A stretch of 64,000 nt of DNA from Eledone cirrhosa (lineage: Eukaryota), in assembly GCA_964016885.1 (NCBI GenBank), contig OZ024755.1, positions 558,001-622,000 on the forward strand. The letters are read 5' to 3'. Below, in pieces: positions 40,216-55,400 of this stretch. Both the position numbers and the translations under genes were made by a program. Within the stretch, counting starts at the first letter, position 1, and each line of letters opens with the position of its first letter. The notes beneath the pieces were generated by a model, which was not told the DNA's origin, made no database searches, and saw only the letters and a list, made by a program, of their open reading frames with translations.

Positions 40216-40331
40216 TTTTACACCCAGTTTCCATCTACAAATGGATGCCATTGCTAATACCAATTGCCCTCAATTGTGCTACTTAACAGTGCGACAAAAA
40301 GAGATTGATAAACTACAGGACATAAATGCTG

Positions 40332-40375
<44 letters not shown>

Positions 40376-43224
40376 GACTTTTCCAGCGAGGCAAAGAAGA
40401 CAGTTATAATGATAAAAATAAAAATAATAATCTGCCATGTATCTAGTGAAGCAAAATAAATATAATTTGTTTTATTTCTAGATATCATAAAATGTGAGGA
40501 ATAAATCCCATCCATATACGAGACTGAATACCATTTCTTTACAGAGATAAATTAACAACTTGCAAAGACCATTTATTTTTATTGATTCTTATTTATTGCC
40601 CAGCTTTTTTGTTGTTGTTGCAAATGAAAGACCTTAGTGATATATTTTACTTTTATATCCCTCACTAATGAAACGTTAGTGTCTTCTACAATGTGAGAGA
40701 GGAATATATTAGAGATCTTAACTGAATTATACATCTAAAACCAATCATTTCCATTTGTAATTATTTCATATGTATGTCACCACCACCATCATCACTGCCA
40801 TCACCACCACCATTACTATTTGTTGCTAGTCTTCCTTACTAGCCAAGGTTAGACAGATCAGTACCCAAGCAAAGTTATTGACCCCTCAGATGGGCTAAGG
40901 GACCTACACCATACTTATATATATATATATTCCCCAAACACACATGAAATTCTATGGTTGGATGCCCTTCTTAACTTGTTCTATAAAAGACACTTGCCCA
41001 ATGTGTCATAACCCAAACCCACGACATTCCAAAGCTAACTTCTTGACCACACAATGTGCCTCATATTTCTTCAATTTACTGTGTTTGCTTTGTTGTTTCT
41101 GTTTACATTTTACACACACACATGTCCATTTGCAATTTCTTCACATATAAACTTTTAAACCACACAAAGTAGAAGTAAAACAGAAAGGGCAGCATTAGTA
41201 ATTTTATAGTAAAAGCATCTGTATTCTAATCTAGAAAATTAATTCAAATCTTAACTGAAAACCAATAACCTGATAGCAACTTCTCAAATTATCAGGAAAA
41301 AAAAAAAGACGTTTCCATAAATATGTATTTTTTTTTAAGCCTATAAAAGTGCTAAAGACATGCTGGAAGTGTTGTATAGTTATGTGAAGGATGATCATTT
41401 TTATGTCTGTTTTTCCAGATTCTTTTCAGTATAGCATTTTTCCACCCATCACGTTCCTTTGTCATCTCCTCTGTGAGTCTCAGTGATTTGAGATCAGCTC
41501 TCACCTTAGTCTACCTCAACTGTGGCTTCTTTCCACTGGAATTTCCTGGTACACCTTTACCCAGCAATCATCATCCACGTATACATTATATATATATATA
41601 TATATATACCCCCCCCCCCCCCCCACACACACACACATTTACTACATTTTTCATATTTTCTACTTAATAGTAAAAGATTACATAAAGCTATTATCTGGAA
41701 ACACTTTAAATGCCAGATGTTACATACACTTTATACTATTTTCTATCATGGTTTCCATCATTGATTATTTACAATGACACTTAAAAAAGACATTGTTAGA
41801 ATTATCATTTTATTGTCCATTTTTTTCATGTTTACACAGTTGGCCAATAACCAAAGCTTATCTTGGTTTTGTAGATGTTTACATATCTCAAAGTAAAAGA
41901 TGTCACAGGGATAATCTTCAGTTACTGCTGGTGGTATCTATTTTCAATAGAAAGAATTGGAGCAACGAGAAATGAAGTGGTACCTTGTTTAGGAACACAA
42001 TACATCACCTAGACTGGGAATCAAACCAACTTTGTGAACATACCACCTTAAACTACCCCTAGTTCTATGATTGTGCTAGTGCTTGTTTTAAAGTACATTT
42101 ATCTAAAAAGTTTCCATTATAATTCTGTTATATACCTTTGTTATATTACTAAATCCCTTAAAATTGTTTATTTGTTTTCGAAATCATTCGGAACTCATAG
42201 GCAATGGTCTTTCATTAGAAATATGGTAACAAAAGAGTTAATGGATGTATACAGTTCAAAATAGCAAATGATTTGGCCTCTAGTGAGGGAAGAGTGAGAG
42301 TGAAGATGGGTTTATATTGATGTTACTAAGGATGAAGATTTTGGAGAGATGTGGCAAGATTGTTATCCTCAATACAGTGTAAATAGAGAGTCAATGAAAT
42401 GTTGGCAGGAGTTCTGATAGCAACAGAAATAACACGAACTTAGGAAAGAAAAGTTACTTAGGTTCAAAGTCTATCTTTGACGTTCATCAAAATTCAAGAG
42501 AGAGAGAGAGAGAGATGAGTGATGGGGGAAAAGTAGATTTTAGATAAGTGTAGATAGAAATCTACCTTTTATAGAGAAAATTGGAATACTGAAATATTGA
42601 GTGTGTTTAAGTCTGGACAGTAAAAGATTGATTATGATTTGCATGTTAGATGATGGTCGTGATGGTGGTATTGAACATGATAGTGGTGGGTAGGCTTAAA
42701 AACTGTACTGATGTCCATAGATATTGGTACAAAGGAGGTGGTATTGTACTGATGTCCAGAGATATTGGTACAAAGGAGGTGGTGGTGGTGTTGTACTGAT
42801 GTCCACAGATATTGGTACAAAAGAAGGAGAATAGTCTAACAGATTGATTAGTGATCTGATTATCAGAATTTCCTTTTGGTTTTTATTTGTGAAAAAAATA
42901 TTGAATTATAATAGAATTGCCTAATTCTGATAACAAAACTTTTCTGATATATTGAACAATTGCCTCAGCTGGACCTCATTTGATTCTTTAATTAATGCTC
43001 CTTTTTTTTCCTATTCAAACTAAATTATCCTATTATTTTACATCCATATTAATATGCTGGCATGGGTTGGACAAGACATTTTCAGGCAGAATTATATGGC
43101 TTGATGCCCTTCTGGATGACAACTGTCGCTTGATTTTTAAGGTACAGTTCTTTGCATGTCTAACCACTGAGTCATAGGACTTCTGTTTATGCAGGACATA
43201 AACAACACACACACACTTTTTTGT

Positions 43225-43385
43225 GTATTGTTCCAGACTTTCACGAGTTGGATGAGTCCTCCTCAGTACAGCATCTCTCCACTTGTGTTCTTTTGTCTCC
43301 TTCATGAGCTTCAGCAATCTGAAATCAGCTCTCACTATTTCCATCTAAGTCTTACCTCTACTGCAGCTTCCTTTAACTGGGATTA
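43225..43385 (-). mobile_element. RTE-type LINE 3' end fragment
   Basis: Translation ..GSCSRGKT..EIVRADFRLLKL..KWRDAVLRRTHPT is homologous to 47990-48177. Confidence 0.65.
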
Positions 43386-46300
43386 TTTGGCACAAATTTA
43401 ACCATCAATCAAAATCAATGAGCATCGCATGCCCATAACAGAATATCTATATCAGTTTCTGTTGAGTAATTTCACTCACATAGCATTAGTCAAATTGAGG
43501 CTCTAGTAGAAGACGCCCGAGATGTCACACAGTGGAATAGAACTCAAAGCAACCATGTGGTTACAAAAAAAAAAAAAAAAAAAAAAAAAAATCTCTTAAC
43601 CACACAACCATACCTATGTTAATACATTATTCCAATGCTAACATTTATTTTGTTAAAAGAGGAGAATATATTTATCAAAACTAGAACTAATATCTTAAGG
43701 AACTAAAGATAACTTGTTTATAAACAGTTCAATGGTGAAATGGTTCGTCATGGAGGAGAACAAAACTAAAATTACGATACCCTTTGTCAACCCATAAATT
43801 GTTATGACTTACTACTTTCCTCCAATCCTAGCACTTACTTTATTAACCTCATTCTCTACTATAAATAATGTCACTCAATACTATTTATAAAACCACAACA
43901 AATAGCAATGTTACAGCAATAATAATAACAATTACCATTATTATTACTATTATTCCTGTCAATTATTCAATAATTATATATTAATAACTTATCACCAATT
44001 ATTCATTAATTATACACTAATAACTAATCCTTCCTATTATCCAGTCAATAAAATAATTTAGCGATATTTATGGTTTTTGTGTCGAACAGAAACTTGTTTG
44101 ACACAAAAACCTGAAACAATTGTATAATGAGTCTCCCCTCTTACAGATATCAATAAATGCTTTGTTTTAGGTCTAAAATTAGCAGCTAATTCAAAATAAC
44201 GGAATTCTGTACAATATCCAAAAGCAAATATACAAGTTCTCTACAAATCTACAGATAATTCAAACAGATATGAAACTACTAACATCAGGAGATTGCTTAA
44301 ACTTTCTGTTTTCAGTAAAAGAATCAAGAAGCTAATGGCATTATTCTGTCCAGCTTGCTTACATACAATTAAACATGTAAGGAGGAATATAAGAAATACA
44401 AAACATTGATTACTCAGGAGAAAAAAGTTTAAATTAAACACGAGTAAAACATGGCTACATAGCTATTATTGAACAAACCTGAGTCATGGTTTCTGGCCAC
44501 TAAAGTAATTGACAAAATTTTTTTGGGGATAAGATATAAGCCTACTCGATAGATAGGACATAATGTTACAGAGTTACTTATATTATTGATTTCCGAATGA
44601 TGAAAGGGTTGAAAGTTGGCAGGATATTGCATTGTAAATTGCTTGTCAATTTTGTAGTCTAGTATAGTCTAGGTCAAGTTGAGTTTAGTGTTTACTATTA
44701 TGCCAACAGATCATCTAGTTGCTAGCTCTCAGTAACAAAGTTAGAGAGATAGCTCAAAAGAAGCTGAAAATAGAATTAATATTAAGCTCAGGTTAATATG
44801 ATTTCAGAATATAGGTGAGGTTAATTAAGCTGAATCTCTAGACAAACTATGAAATTGTTGCAATAATAGGTGATACAGTATAGTTCTAATTACTACTATA
44901 GCTAAAAGTCTTTAATATTTTTTTTTTTTTAAATTATGAATGCAATTTTTAATAACTGAAATTTTCAAAATATAAGAAAAAATAAATATCAAGTTGAAAT
45001 TCCCACTTCAAAAAACTTTGAAATATTTATCAGTAGTTAAGACATATTGAACTATTAGAAATCTCATTATTTCTGATTTTTACTTACAGATACTATCAAT
45101 TATTTTTTGCTTTGACATTATTTTAATTGGTGATGTAAACCTAGATTTATTTATAAGCCACCATTAAACATTTACATTAATGGTTAATGATAAATTTTCA
45201 ATAATAACAAACGTAAATTAAACATTTTATTTATATTTTATTTTATTTTATTTATTATTATTTATGCTACCATAGTCTGATCTTCTGAACTTACAATATG
45301 CTAACCCACCAAAAAAGCAAGTCCCAAGTACTTTATACTTAGTGTCTTCTCCATTGAATGTCCTCACACAAAACATTGCTCAATTGTTTCTCTCCATAAT
45401 TCTATTCAACACATTTGTCATCCCAGTTGTATGCATATAAAAAGGTTAACTCCTGGTGTGGAGTAGTAAAAGTGCCATTGTGACATGGCGTTCCTTGGGC
45501 ATTTTTTAAAACCTGATAGAATCCATCCCCTCTTCCGGTCCAAGCACAGCCAATTTCACAGCAACCCATGGCATTCAAACTATTGAGGGCAGATGATACC
45601 TGATAATTATTATTAATGATGATGACGTTCAAAAGTCTAATAGAGAATTTCTAGCAGAAAAATACCAAAATGTTCTATTTAAGTTTCTTTATCAAAATAC
45701 ATACCTTTCACCAATCACTCATATTCACAAGTAAATTATTTGAGAAGAATCAGTGACAGGATGTATTGTGAAAGACATATCTAATAATATATATTATCCA
45801 CTCCTATTGAAACTTGCTAGCCTTGTGTCTAAATTACAAGTTAGTTATGCTACAATTTCCCTCGAAATTCATTATTTTCAAAATGATTTGGAAACCACAG
45901 TGTCTTTCATGGTTGAATCTTCCCAAAATCTCAGATCAAATCTCTTACCACAGAAGAACAACTCCAGAAACAGATTTGTTATCTTCCAAAGAAAATTCAA
46001 AATATCTACCAAGAATGTTTAAGAATTATAGGAGTAGTAGAGATGGCCAAGGCAGTAAAACATTACCACTAAATCTATTACAATACTATTTAACTTCAAA
46101 TACCACTAAATCTACCATAGTAGTATTTAACTTAAGATACTAAATCTACAGTATTTAACTTCCTAGGCAAAGTTCTGAGTTGAAATCCTGCCAAAGCTGA
46201 CTTGACTTACCATTCCTTACAAAGCCTAGTCTTATTAGGCTTTGTAATAAACTATTTACATTCATAATCTAAATCCTCTGGAGGAATGATTGACTAAAAC

Positions 46301-47085
46301 ATATCAATCTCACCTTATTTTAACATTATTTACCTGTATTTTGCTATCAACACAAATATATCACTTTCTCATGATATGTTATATATTTTCTTGTACCTGT
46401 CATAATTGTAATAGGTACCATGGGGAGGTTAAAACAATCTTCAATACAGCTCTAGCTACTTTGCTATATATATATAAGTACCATGGAAAGTGAACTGTTA
46501 CTACTCTAACAGTAGTAACACTCTAAATCTGACAAGTATTTCAATAATTTATAATATTCAATTCAAATTCGCCCACAGAAAACAAAAATAGGTTACAAAT
46601 AAACTTGTCCAAGCTACTACATGACAATAATATCACCAGTGATGTGTGAACATAATGGATTATGACAATAACTATAAAATAGGTAACAAACTTGTCCAAG
46701 CTATAACATTGTCACTGGTGTCTGGACATAATGGATTATGTATGATACTATAAAATAAAAACAATAACGAACATCATTAATTATCTATTTAATATTTTAA
46801 TAACATTGTAATAAGACATTACAGAAATATAAAACTAATTAAAATAATATTGATTCAACTAATATCAATTGAAACAAAGCTGGAAGTGTTGTATATTTTA
46901 TGACAGGTAAAAACAATGGACAATACAAGAGTTTTGTAATGGTTTCTGATTTAGGTACAAGGCCAACAATTGTTTTAGAGAGGGGAAAGTCAATTAAATC
47001 GAACCTAGTGTGTTACCGGTACTTCATTTTATCGACACACACAAGGAAAAAAATACAAAACTAACCTCGGCAGGATTTGAAATAT

Positions 47086-47152
47086 AAACCTCATTTGCTT
47101 ATTCCATGAAAGTATCTTGATCAGCCTATAAACTTTTCAACTGACCCTCGTA
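47086..47152 (+). mobile_element. Mariner right-end TIR fragment
   Basis: ..tcagcctataaacttttcaactgaccctcgTA (reverse complement TAcgagggtcagttgaaaag), the same family as 17187-17384. Confidence 0.7.
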
Positions 47153-47989
47153 TTAAAAGACAAGCCCAAGGTGCTGTGTAATAGGAAAGAACCCAGAATT
47201 AAGTGAACTTAAGCGAACACAGCCATACCTACATCTGTTTACAAGACTTCATGGAACAATACTCCATTTTTCAATTGGTTGATTTCAGATAACAGTGAAA
47301 GAAAAGACATCTTCAATAAAAAGAATTACTTCCTAAAAAGAGGGTCGTTATAAATAACGAGGAAATGTTAAACTTATAGGAAGAGATATTACACTTATTA
47401 TGAATAAGGATAGAATTGAGAGTGTGACATTTCTGAATTGAATCACTGAATCAGGGCTAATAGTAATGAAGATGTGTGCTTTGAAAGAATATTTCTTCTA
47501 GCTATGTAGAAACCTATAAAGTATATATAATCCAATATGAAATCAATTTTCAGATTAATGACCTCAATAAAGAGATATTTAGATAATGTTTTGCATCAAA
47601 TGACATTTCAAGAAAACTGAAATCCTACCAATTAATTTAATAATAGAAATAAGCTGTTTTGAAACTCCATTGATAATTTTGTCCAGGTAAATACAGGTGC
47701 AACAGATTTTCCGGCACCACTTTTCATTTACTTATATTTATGAGTGGACATTTGAATTTCCCGCAAGCTACCAAACTAGATGTGGAATTAGATGTAATTT
47801 TAAACATCTCTGCCTTCATATTATTATAGTTTGGCAAAGTGGCAGAGTTGTTAGACTGTCTAATAGAATGGCAGAGTTGTCAGACTGACAGGTAGAATGG
47901 CAGAGTTGTTAGACTGGTTTCACTCCACTTGGTATGCAATTGAGGCCTGGAATCTTCTTGATTGATTCCTGATTCCTTAAAAAAATGCC

Positions 47990-48177
47990 AGGAAATTCCA
48001 GTGGGGAGAAGCTGCAGTAGGGGTAGACCAAGACCTGGACAGAGGTGGTGAGAGCCGATCTCAAACCACTGAAGCTCACAGAGATGACAAAGAAACAGTG
48101 AAATGTTGAGCTGAAAAGGACCCGTCCAACCCTTACAAGTGTGGAAAAACAGACAAAACAGTGACAATGACGATGAT
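47990..48177 (+). mobile_element. RTE-type LINE 3' end fragment
   Basis: EIPVGRSCSRGRP..TWTEVVRADLK, followed by the cccgtccaacc tail and (gat)n. Confidence 0.7.
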
Positions 48178-48566
48178 AGTATTAAATATTTAAGCCACCA
48201 GAGAGAAGATTTCTACAAACTGTTCTCAGTATCAACAGATCTGATAAGTATATTACACTAAATGCAGCTGCACATTAAACATTGAATATTTATCCAATGG
48301 TTTCTGCACAAGTTGGGCTGCACTGAGAAGGTCAAAAACAAACAACAGATTAAATAACAAGAGAAAGGGATTGGTCATGTAACCTAACAGTGTGAAGTAC
48401 ACTTTACTGGTTTATATAGAGAGTGATGGGGGGGGGGGGTGTATATATAGATAGAGAGAGAGATGGAAAGAGAAAGAGGGTGGGTGATATGGAGATAGAA
48501 TGAGAGGGTTATATTGAGAAAGTGAGGAGGGGGAGGTGATATACATATATATTGAGAGAGGAAGTG

Positions 48567-48598
<32 letters not shown>

Positions 48599-49250
48599 GC
48601 AGATATATATACACACTGGTGTAGTTGACAGACAAGAGAAAAGAGTACTTAATACCAAAATAGAGTTTAAATATTTATTGTAGCTAAATAGCAAGTCTTG
48701 CTCTGGAGTTTCACCTGTTTACTTGAAGTGCGCAATACAATAATAATACAATACTTAGCCATTAAAAAAATGAACACACACACACATTAGGTAATGGTGT
48801 GAGAAAACATAAAATTCATCAATCGGTTCTTATTACTAATAACTTCACCATAAGATAGGAATACTGCATTCTTTTCAATCAGGTGTAATTGTCTGGAACA
48901 AATTATTTCTCTTGTCTGAACAACAAAACTAAAGTTTCCAAGGAGATGAGGAAATAGAACCAACTGAACCAATATATATAAATATATATATCTATACATA
49001 CACACACATACACAAATCTTTTAGAATTCTATTCAATATTTTTAGACTAGATAGGTGAAAGGTTAAAGAAACTAACAGCCGGAACCACAAGGAGGAGGAT
49101 ATGTTAAACTGAACACAATTGAAGTTTAATCATTTTTATTAAAGAATTTTCATATTTCCTTAATTCTTTATGTTTAGATTGGAAGAATAACATTTCTAAG
49201 TCCATTATCATTTGAAAGTTTTCTTTGCTTCACCTTCTGAATTTCTGAAT

Positions 49251-49478
49251 ATGATGATGGTGGTGGTGGTTGTGATGACGGTGGTGGTTGTGATGACGGT
49301 GGTGGTGATGATGACGGTGGTGGTGATGATGACGGTGGTGGTGATGATGACGGTGGTGGTGATGATGACAGTGGTGGTGATGATGACGGTGGTGGTGATG
49401 ACGGTGGTGGTGATGACGGTGGTGGTGATGACAATGATGGTGATGACAATGATGGTGATGACAATGATGGTGATGATA
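49251..49478. repeat. (GGT/GAT)n compound repeat
   Basis: Directly visible. Confidence 0.95.
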
Positions 49479-51719
49479 GTGGCACGTTATGTTTTGTCAG
49501 AGGCACCAAAAGAAAATTTGTAGAACTAGGAACTGTAAAGAATCAAACCTGATTGTTGCTAATGTCTAGAATAACAATAACAACAATAATAATATACCAT
49601 CTGTCTAAGAACACAATGAAATTTATTCATTATTTTAAAAAGCAATAAAACTAAGTTTTGCTCTTTATTTTTTCATGAAATAATTTTTAAAACCAAGTTT
49701 AACCTCTTTGATACCAACCCATTTTGGAAAAACTGCTTCAGAATGTCTCATTCAACCAATGCCAGTATGGAAAGCAAATATATAACAATGGTAATGATAT
49801 ATAGTGCTGTACTGTGTCTATAGAGATGATATAGCAAGAGTTAATAGCCCAATCAACAAGATATATATGTATATATATGGCATGGAGGATTCACTGCATG
49901 ATGAACAAGTTTAGCTTCAAGTGCTACCAGTTCTTTCTCTACATATGCTGTCAGATCCTGATATTCCCTTTCTTAAACTCTCACACCTGAAATCCATACA
50001 GCAACAGATATTTAAAGGACTGCAATTATACAGCTGCATACCAAAAGATTTACAAAACTTACCATATATATTAAATTATTAGCCAAGTGTGTGTGTGTGG
50101 GGGGGGGGGGTATATACCATCTAAAAATAATGCATTGATTAGTTGCCTCAACTTATGTTTGGGGTTTTGCCTATTTCTCAGACATAAAATAAGGGGCTCG
50201 GTATATATTCAGATTGGCTTATATTCAAGTATATATGGTAACCAAATTTTGCCCTGAGATATTTTGGAACTTTCTTGATGCATTTCTATCTCTCTCACAC
50301 AAGAGAGAGAAAAAGAAAGAGACTCAATCTGCAACAAAAGGTTTCAACCAAAAGAATGCAGCCGTGACCAAGTTGAGATGCCTTATTTATAAAAAGGTCC
50401 TACAAAAGCAGTAGACCTTCAGAAATAAGTCTAAAGACCCAGAACATTGAACTATAAGACAGTGCTCCAGCATGTCCTTAGAGATGGCCAAAGCAAACTA
50501 AAGAACATGAAATATCCTAAACCAAACCTATTTTGTCAAAAGAAGCTTTACATATTTTTCAAATTAAAAAAAATGCAACAAAAATGAAAAAGCATTTTTT
50601 TTAATCACAGAACTTATACCTATATTTCACAAACCATCCCCATCCTCAGAATCTTATTTTTAATAAAACATTAAATCAAACAAAAAAAATGTTCCAGAAA
50701 TAATACCTATTCATATACGAGTAAAACAAGAAAAAAAAAACTTTTCTAAATTTCTATGGAATTTTATTAAAAGACACTATCATGAAAAGTTCAAAATTGT
50801 TTTTGTGGAATCCACTTTGTGAAACTGAAATACAACAGAGTCTGATTCAGTGTTACTGAAGACCACTAGAAAATAAATGTAATAAAATAAAATAAAAATG
50901 CAGGTGCAGAGAATGGAAGGCAATGTTGAAACAACAAAATTGACTTTTCCACTAAGTGAACTGACAAAATTTCTAAAAATGAAGACAAAATGAAAAACAG
51001 AAAATCCATAAAATCAAAGCAAAATCAATGAAGCAAAATCTGTGAAGTTTAGGAAACACAATTGTTGATTTCGAATGACATTTCTGGAAAAACACATAAA
51101 AACAACAAAAACAGTTATATACCAGTATACAGGAAAAACAAGTGCTTAAAAACAATTGCTTCTTTTACACATTAATTCTAAATCTTTGAGAAGCGCGCGC
51201 GCGCGTGTTTGCGTGAACATGAGGGTTTTGAAGACCTCCAATGATATGGCATTTCATAGGAGGTTTCTTTGATACTTTAATGTCACCATATTTACATATT
51301 TACCAAGACAGGAGACAGGGATTTGAACTCAAGACACAGCCGAGGCAGAACAGATACCATAAGGCACCATATTGGACTAATAGTTTATCAACCCCAAAAG
51401 AAGGAAAGGCTACGCTGACTTTGGTAGGATTGGAACTGAGAGCAGAGAACTGAAACAAACGTGTGTGTATGAGCAAGACAGTCACCTGATCTGACTTGTC
51501 TCACAACAGGACACCTCGTTTAACCCATGCTAGCATGGAGATAGACACTGATGATACACACTCACACACAATGGAAGGTAAAAAATAAGTAAAAAATGAG
51601 ATGAAGAACAGTACAAGAGATTGCTTTGTAAGGTCATATCACAAGTTTCTCCATTCTGCCTTATCTTCTACACCCTGCTCTCACCAACCTTCTTCCAGCT
51701 TTCATTTAACACACACACA

Positions 51720-51755
<36 letters not shown>

Positions 51756-52327
51756 GTGTATCTGTTGTGTGATGAAAACAAAACTATCTGCTGGCCTTTT
51801 CAAGGTCATGATTTCCAACAAGTTGCCTTAAAATCTAAAAAGGTCACTAATTATGACTAGTAGTGCAACTAGAACTAGATAATTTTAAGGGGAATTATCA
51901 AACTATTGCTACCTAAAGCACTAAAAACGATGCCAAAAAGCACAAGCCCACAATGGAGTATTTCCCATCACCTCAAGCTGTGAAAGCAGCTGCTTGTTTT
52001 CTCACAGGTTAGTGAGTTATAAGTTGGCAATGGAAGTGTGTTTTAATCCCCTCTCACTTACATATAAACCAAGATAGTACCTCTCTCTACAAAAGAAAGC
52101 TATAAGATAATGTACACACATGCAGAAGTATTCAATATTTGTGATAGCTGATATCATGTGAGTGAATTTTGTTGATAGAAACTAAAAAAAAAAAATGTAT
52201 GTGCATACATACATACACACGTGTTTGTATCAATAAATACTTAAAGCAAAGGATGATATTTACTTATATTAAGTCTCCACCCTTGCAAGCAGGGAAAAGC
52301 AGACGTATAATGATGATCTGTCTAGCA

Positions 52328-52465
52328 TGGAGTTGTGACCGGTAGATAGTATCAGTAAAGGAAAGACCAATGGAAACATTGTTTCCTTGGTCCGATTTGA
52401 CGAGTTCCACCTCTACTTGGTAAACAAATCAGGTTGGATACTGTCAATCAATTTGATCAATCAAT
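52328..52465 (+). mobile_element. Family P repeat ending in a (TCAA)n tail
   Basis: Homologous to 24055-24190 and 56275-56405. Confidence 0.7.
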
Positions 52466-55400
52466 GTCTTGCAACATAGTTCTATGATAAGAGAGAGTAT
52501 ATACCATATATTGAGTATATAGAGTATAGGTTGACATTAGGAAGAACATCTAGCCACAGAAAAACTGTTTCAAAATGATTTTTCCAACCCATACCAGGTT
52601 AGAAAAATATGTAAAAAAACAAAAAAACAAAAAAAAAACTGATAATGATTAACTAAATCTCTTCAATGAGGTGCCCCAGCATAGCCAGTCAAATGACAAA
52701 TCTGTAGTGAAAGAATGAAAAACAAGGCAAGCCTCTACCACATGTACTTAGTATACAGAACTCTCTCCTCCTCAGGTATTTACATCCAACAATACAATCA
52801 GTAGTAACAGAAACATTGACGCTAAAAACCTGCTATTTTAGGCTATTAATTATTCATCCTCCACACCAGTGTGATAAGTAATCAATTACTTCATATTTCA
52901 TCATCTCTAGTTACCTGCCAACAGGTGATCACTTCATAATTTCAGAGAGGGGGGGGGGGGGGGGGGTAAAGCAGAGTTTTTGACATTTTGTGTCTTTTCC
53001 AAGAGTATTGCCAAAGTTAAGTAAAATATCTACAACCTGGATTGTAGGTTCAATTCATGGGACCTTAATAACCAAGCTAGTATTTAATTGTATGTACGGT
53101 CCTGTAACTTCTAGTGGAGTTGTAGGTGTGCCATAGAGGCATACAGCGTTTCTGGGGCATTTTAAACCTGGTGGAACACATCTGTTCAGGTCTGAACACA
53201 CCAGATTTCTTCCAAAGAATTTGTCCCACTTTTACAATACATCCTTCCCCTTGGCCATTACACAATATATGGCCCCTGTCAGTTCACATTATATGACCCC
53301 TGTCATGTAAATATGTCCCGGGGATAAATTTCCATCCTGGTTGACAACCATTGCTTTACATAGTCACTCAACCAACTAGAAATAGCAGCCAAATATCCCT
53401 ACTTTCTTTAAAAACAGAAGCACATATCAGATAATGTAGTCCTAAATACATTGAAAGAGAAGAAATGATAGATTGATCATAGCTAGAATGTTTTTGTTCA
53501 ATCGTAAGAATACTCGTCAAGAGCCAGCCTGGGGTTAAACAACAATAGCAAATATCTTTACAAAATTTTCAATTCTATAGTTATTCTATCTTAGCATCCA
53601 AAATTCCATATTTTAGAAATTCCCCGTCAAGCATATCTAAATAAAACAATTCTGAAGTTCAAGCAGTTACACATTAATAACATGGCTAACCAATAGTCAC
53701 TTTTAATTTACTTTCTCATCTTCAATACTAGAATTAATTATAGTAGGAAAAGAAACAATAGACAGAAGAGAAAAATAGTAATTCTGAAATTCGGCAGTAG
53801 TGTAATCTCCAATCTCCAAGGAATTACTCAAACTATATTTCTCAACACAGTTCTAATATGTCTATCATTACTGATAAGAAATTGTTTCTGTCGATAACAT
53901 ATCTCAGGTGTACATGAAATATAAATTAACATTTTCTGCGACAAATGTAAGAAATAGAGATAACATTTTTAATCTATTGGGTAGATCGAAGACCATCAGC
54001 AACCCTCCATTATTCCTTTCATTGCCATATTTCTTTCTAATAAAAGACACTGTTTTTCAAATAATTTTGTAAATAATAAAGAGAGATTTAGTAATATAAA
54101 TAAATAACTTTCTCATTAAGCTGATGTTTGAAATATAAAGGCTGATGGATGGCTATTTTTATCAATATAAACATCTAAATCATTTCATTACCATATTTCT
54201 ATTGAAAGACACCGCCTATGGGTTTCAAATAATCTTGAAAATAATCACCAATTTTGAAGGGATTTACTAATATAACTAACTTTCTCGTTATTAAGCTGAT
54301 GTTTGGACAAAATTATGATGGAAGGTTTTTATATAAAACAGCTTAAAACAAACAGCTGAATATCTTGGAATCAGGAGTTGGTTCAGGTCGTTTCATATAA
54401 ACTATTTTAAAATCATAGAATCAGGGGCAGTGTCATGCAATTTGGTCTAAGAAGAGTTAACGATGGTTCTATATTGCAGAACTGTTTTCTGATATATATA
54501 GAAATATTTTACTGTAATTACATCAGTACTTAGGTTTTAGATGTCAAGAAGAAGCTAATTGCTAAAATTAAATTAACCAAATAACTGTTAGCCTTCCAAG
54601 CAAAAAAAGAATTTCAAACAAGAATATTGACCAAATGAAGTGCATGCCAAAACCTGATTGTCCATTATATGGTTGAGTTGCAAGATCAAAGATAAGAAAT
54701 TTGCAATTGAACAAAATCTTTAACACTTCTCTTTAGATCTTCAGTATACAAAGGATGATTAAATTATGGTTTTCTGGTTATATATATATTATATATTATT
54801 TGTTGTGAAAATATTAAGGTTTATTATAATGATATCTTATTTAGACAAAAGACCAACAATTTGGGGGTAGGAGAAAGTTGATTAAATTGACCCCAGTGCA
54901 TTACTGATGTTTTATTTTATCAATCCTGTAAGGATGAACAGCAAAGCTAACCTAGGCAGAATTTAAACTCATTCTGATATACAGTGAATCTCAGGCATTT
55001 GCACCTGGTAGAGTCCATTCCTCATTAGGTTTGAACATTGCCAGTATTCGACTGGTAAATGAAATGAACAAATAAAATTTACAGCTCACATCTCCGTAGG
55101 CTTAGCAGACCTCCTCTGAAATATCATCTCATAAGTGGTTTCTTGGGTGATGTAATAGTAAGGGGTCCCAGTCCTAGCATGTAAAGTAACATGAAATGAA
55201 GCATCTTGCTCAAGGATGTGACACCCAGTTGAGGAATAGAACCCACGGTTTTATGACAACAAGTCCAATACTCTAACCACTAGACCACACACCTTCACTA
55301 TTGACCTGGCCCTTTATATATAGATAGAGAGACCTCGAAAAGATGAAACACAAATTTGAAGTCAAAGAACAGAAAGCTGGAACAAATACCACAAAGAAAT

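Noticed and set aside
48787-51155. Short ORFs and acceptor-like sites near 48.9 and 50.9 kb
   Set aside because: No matching donor before a stop codon and no homology.
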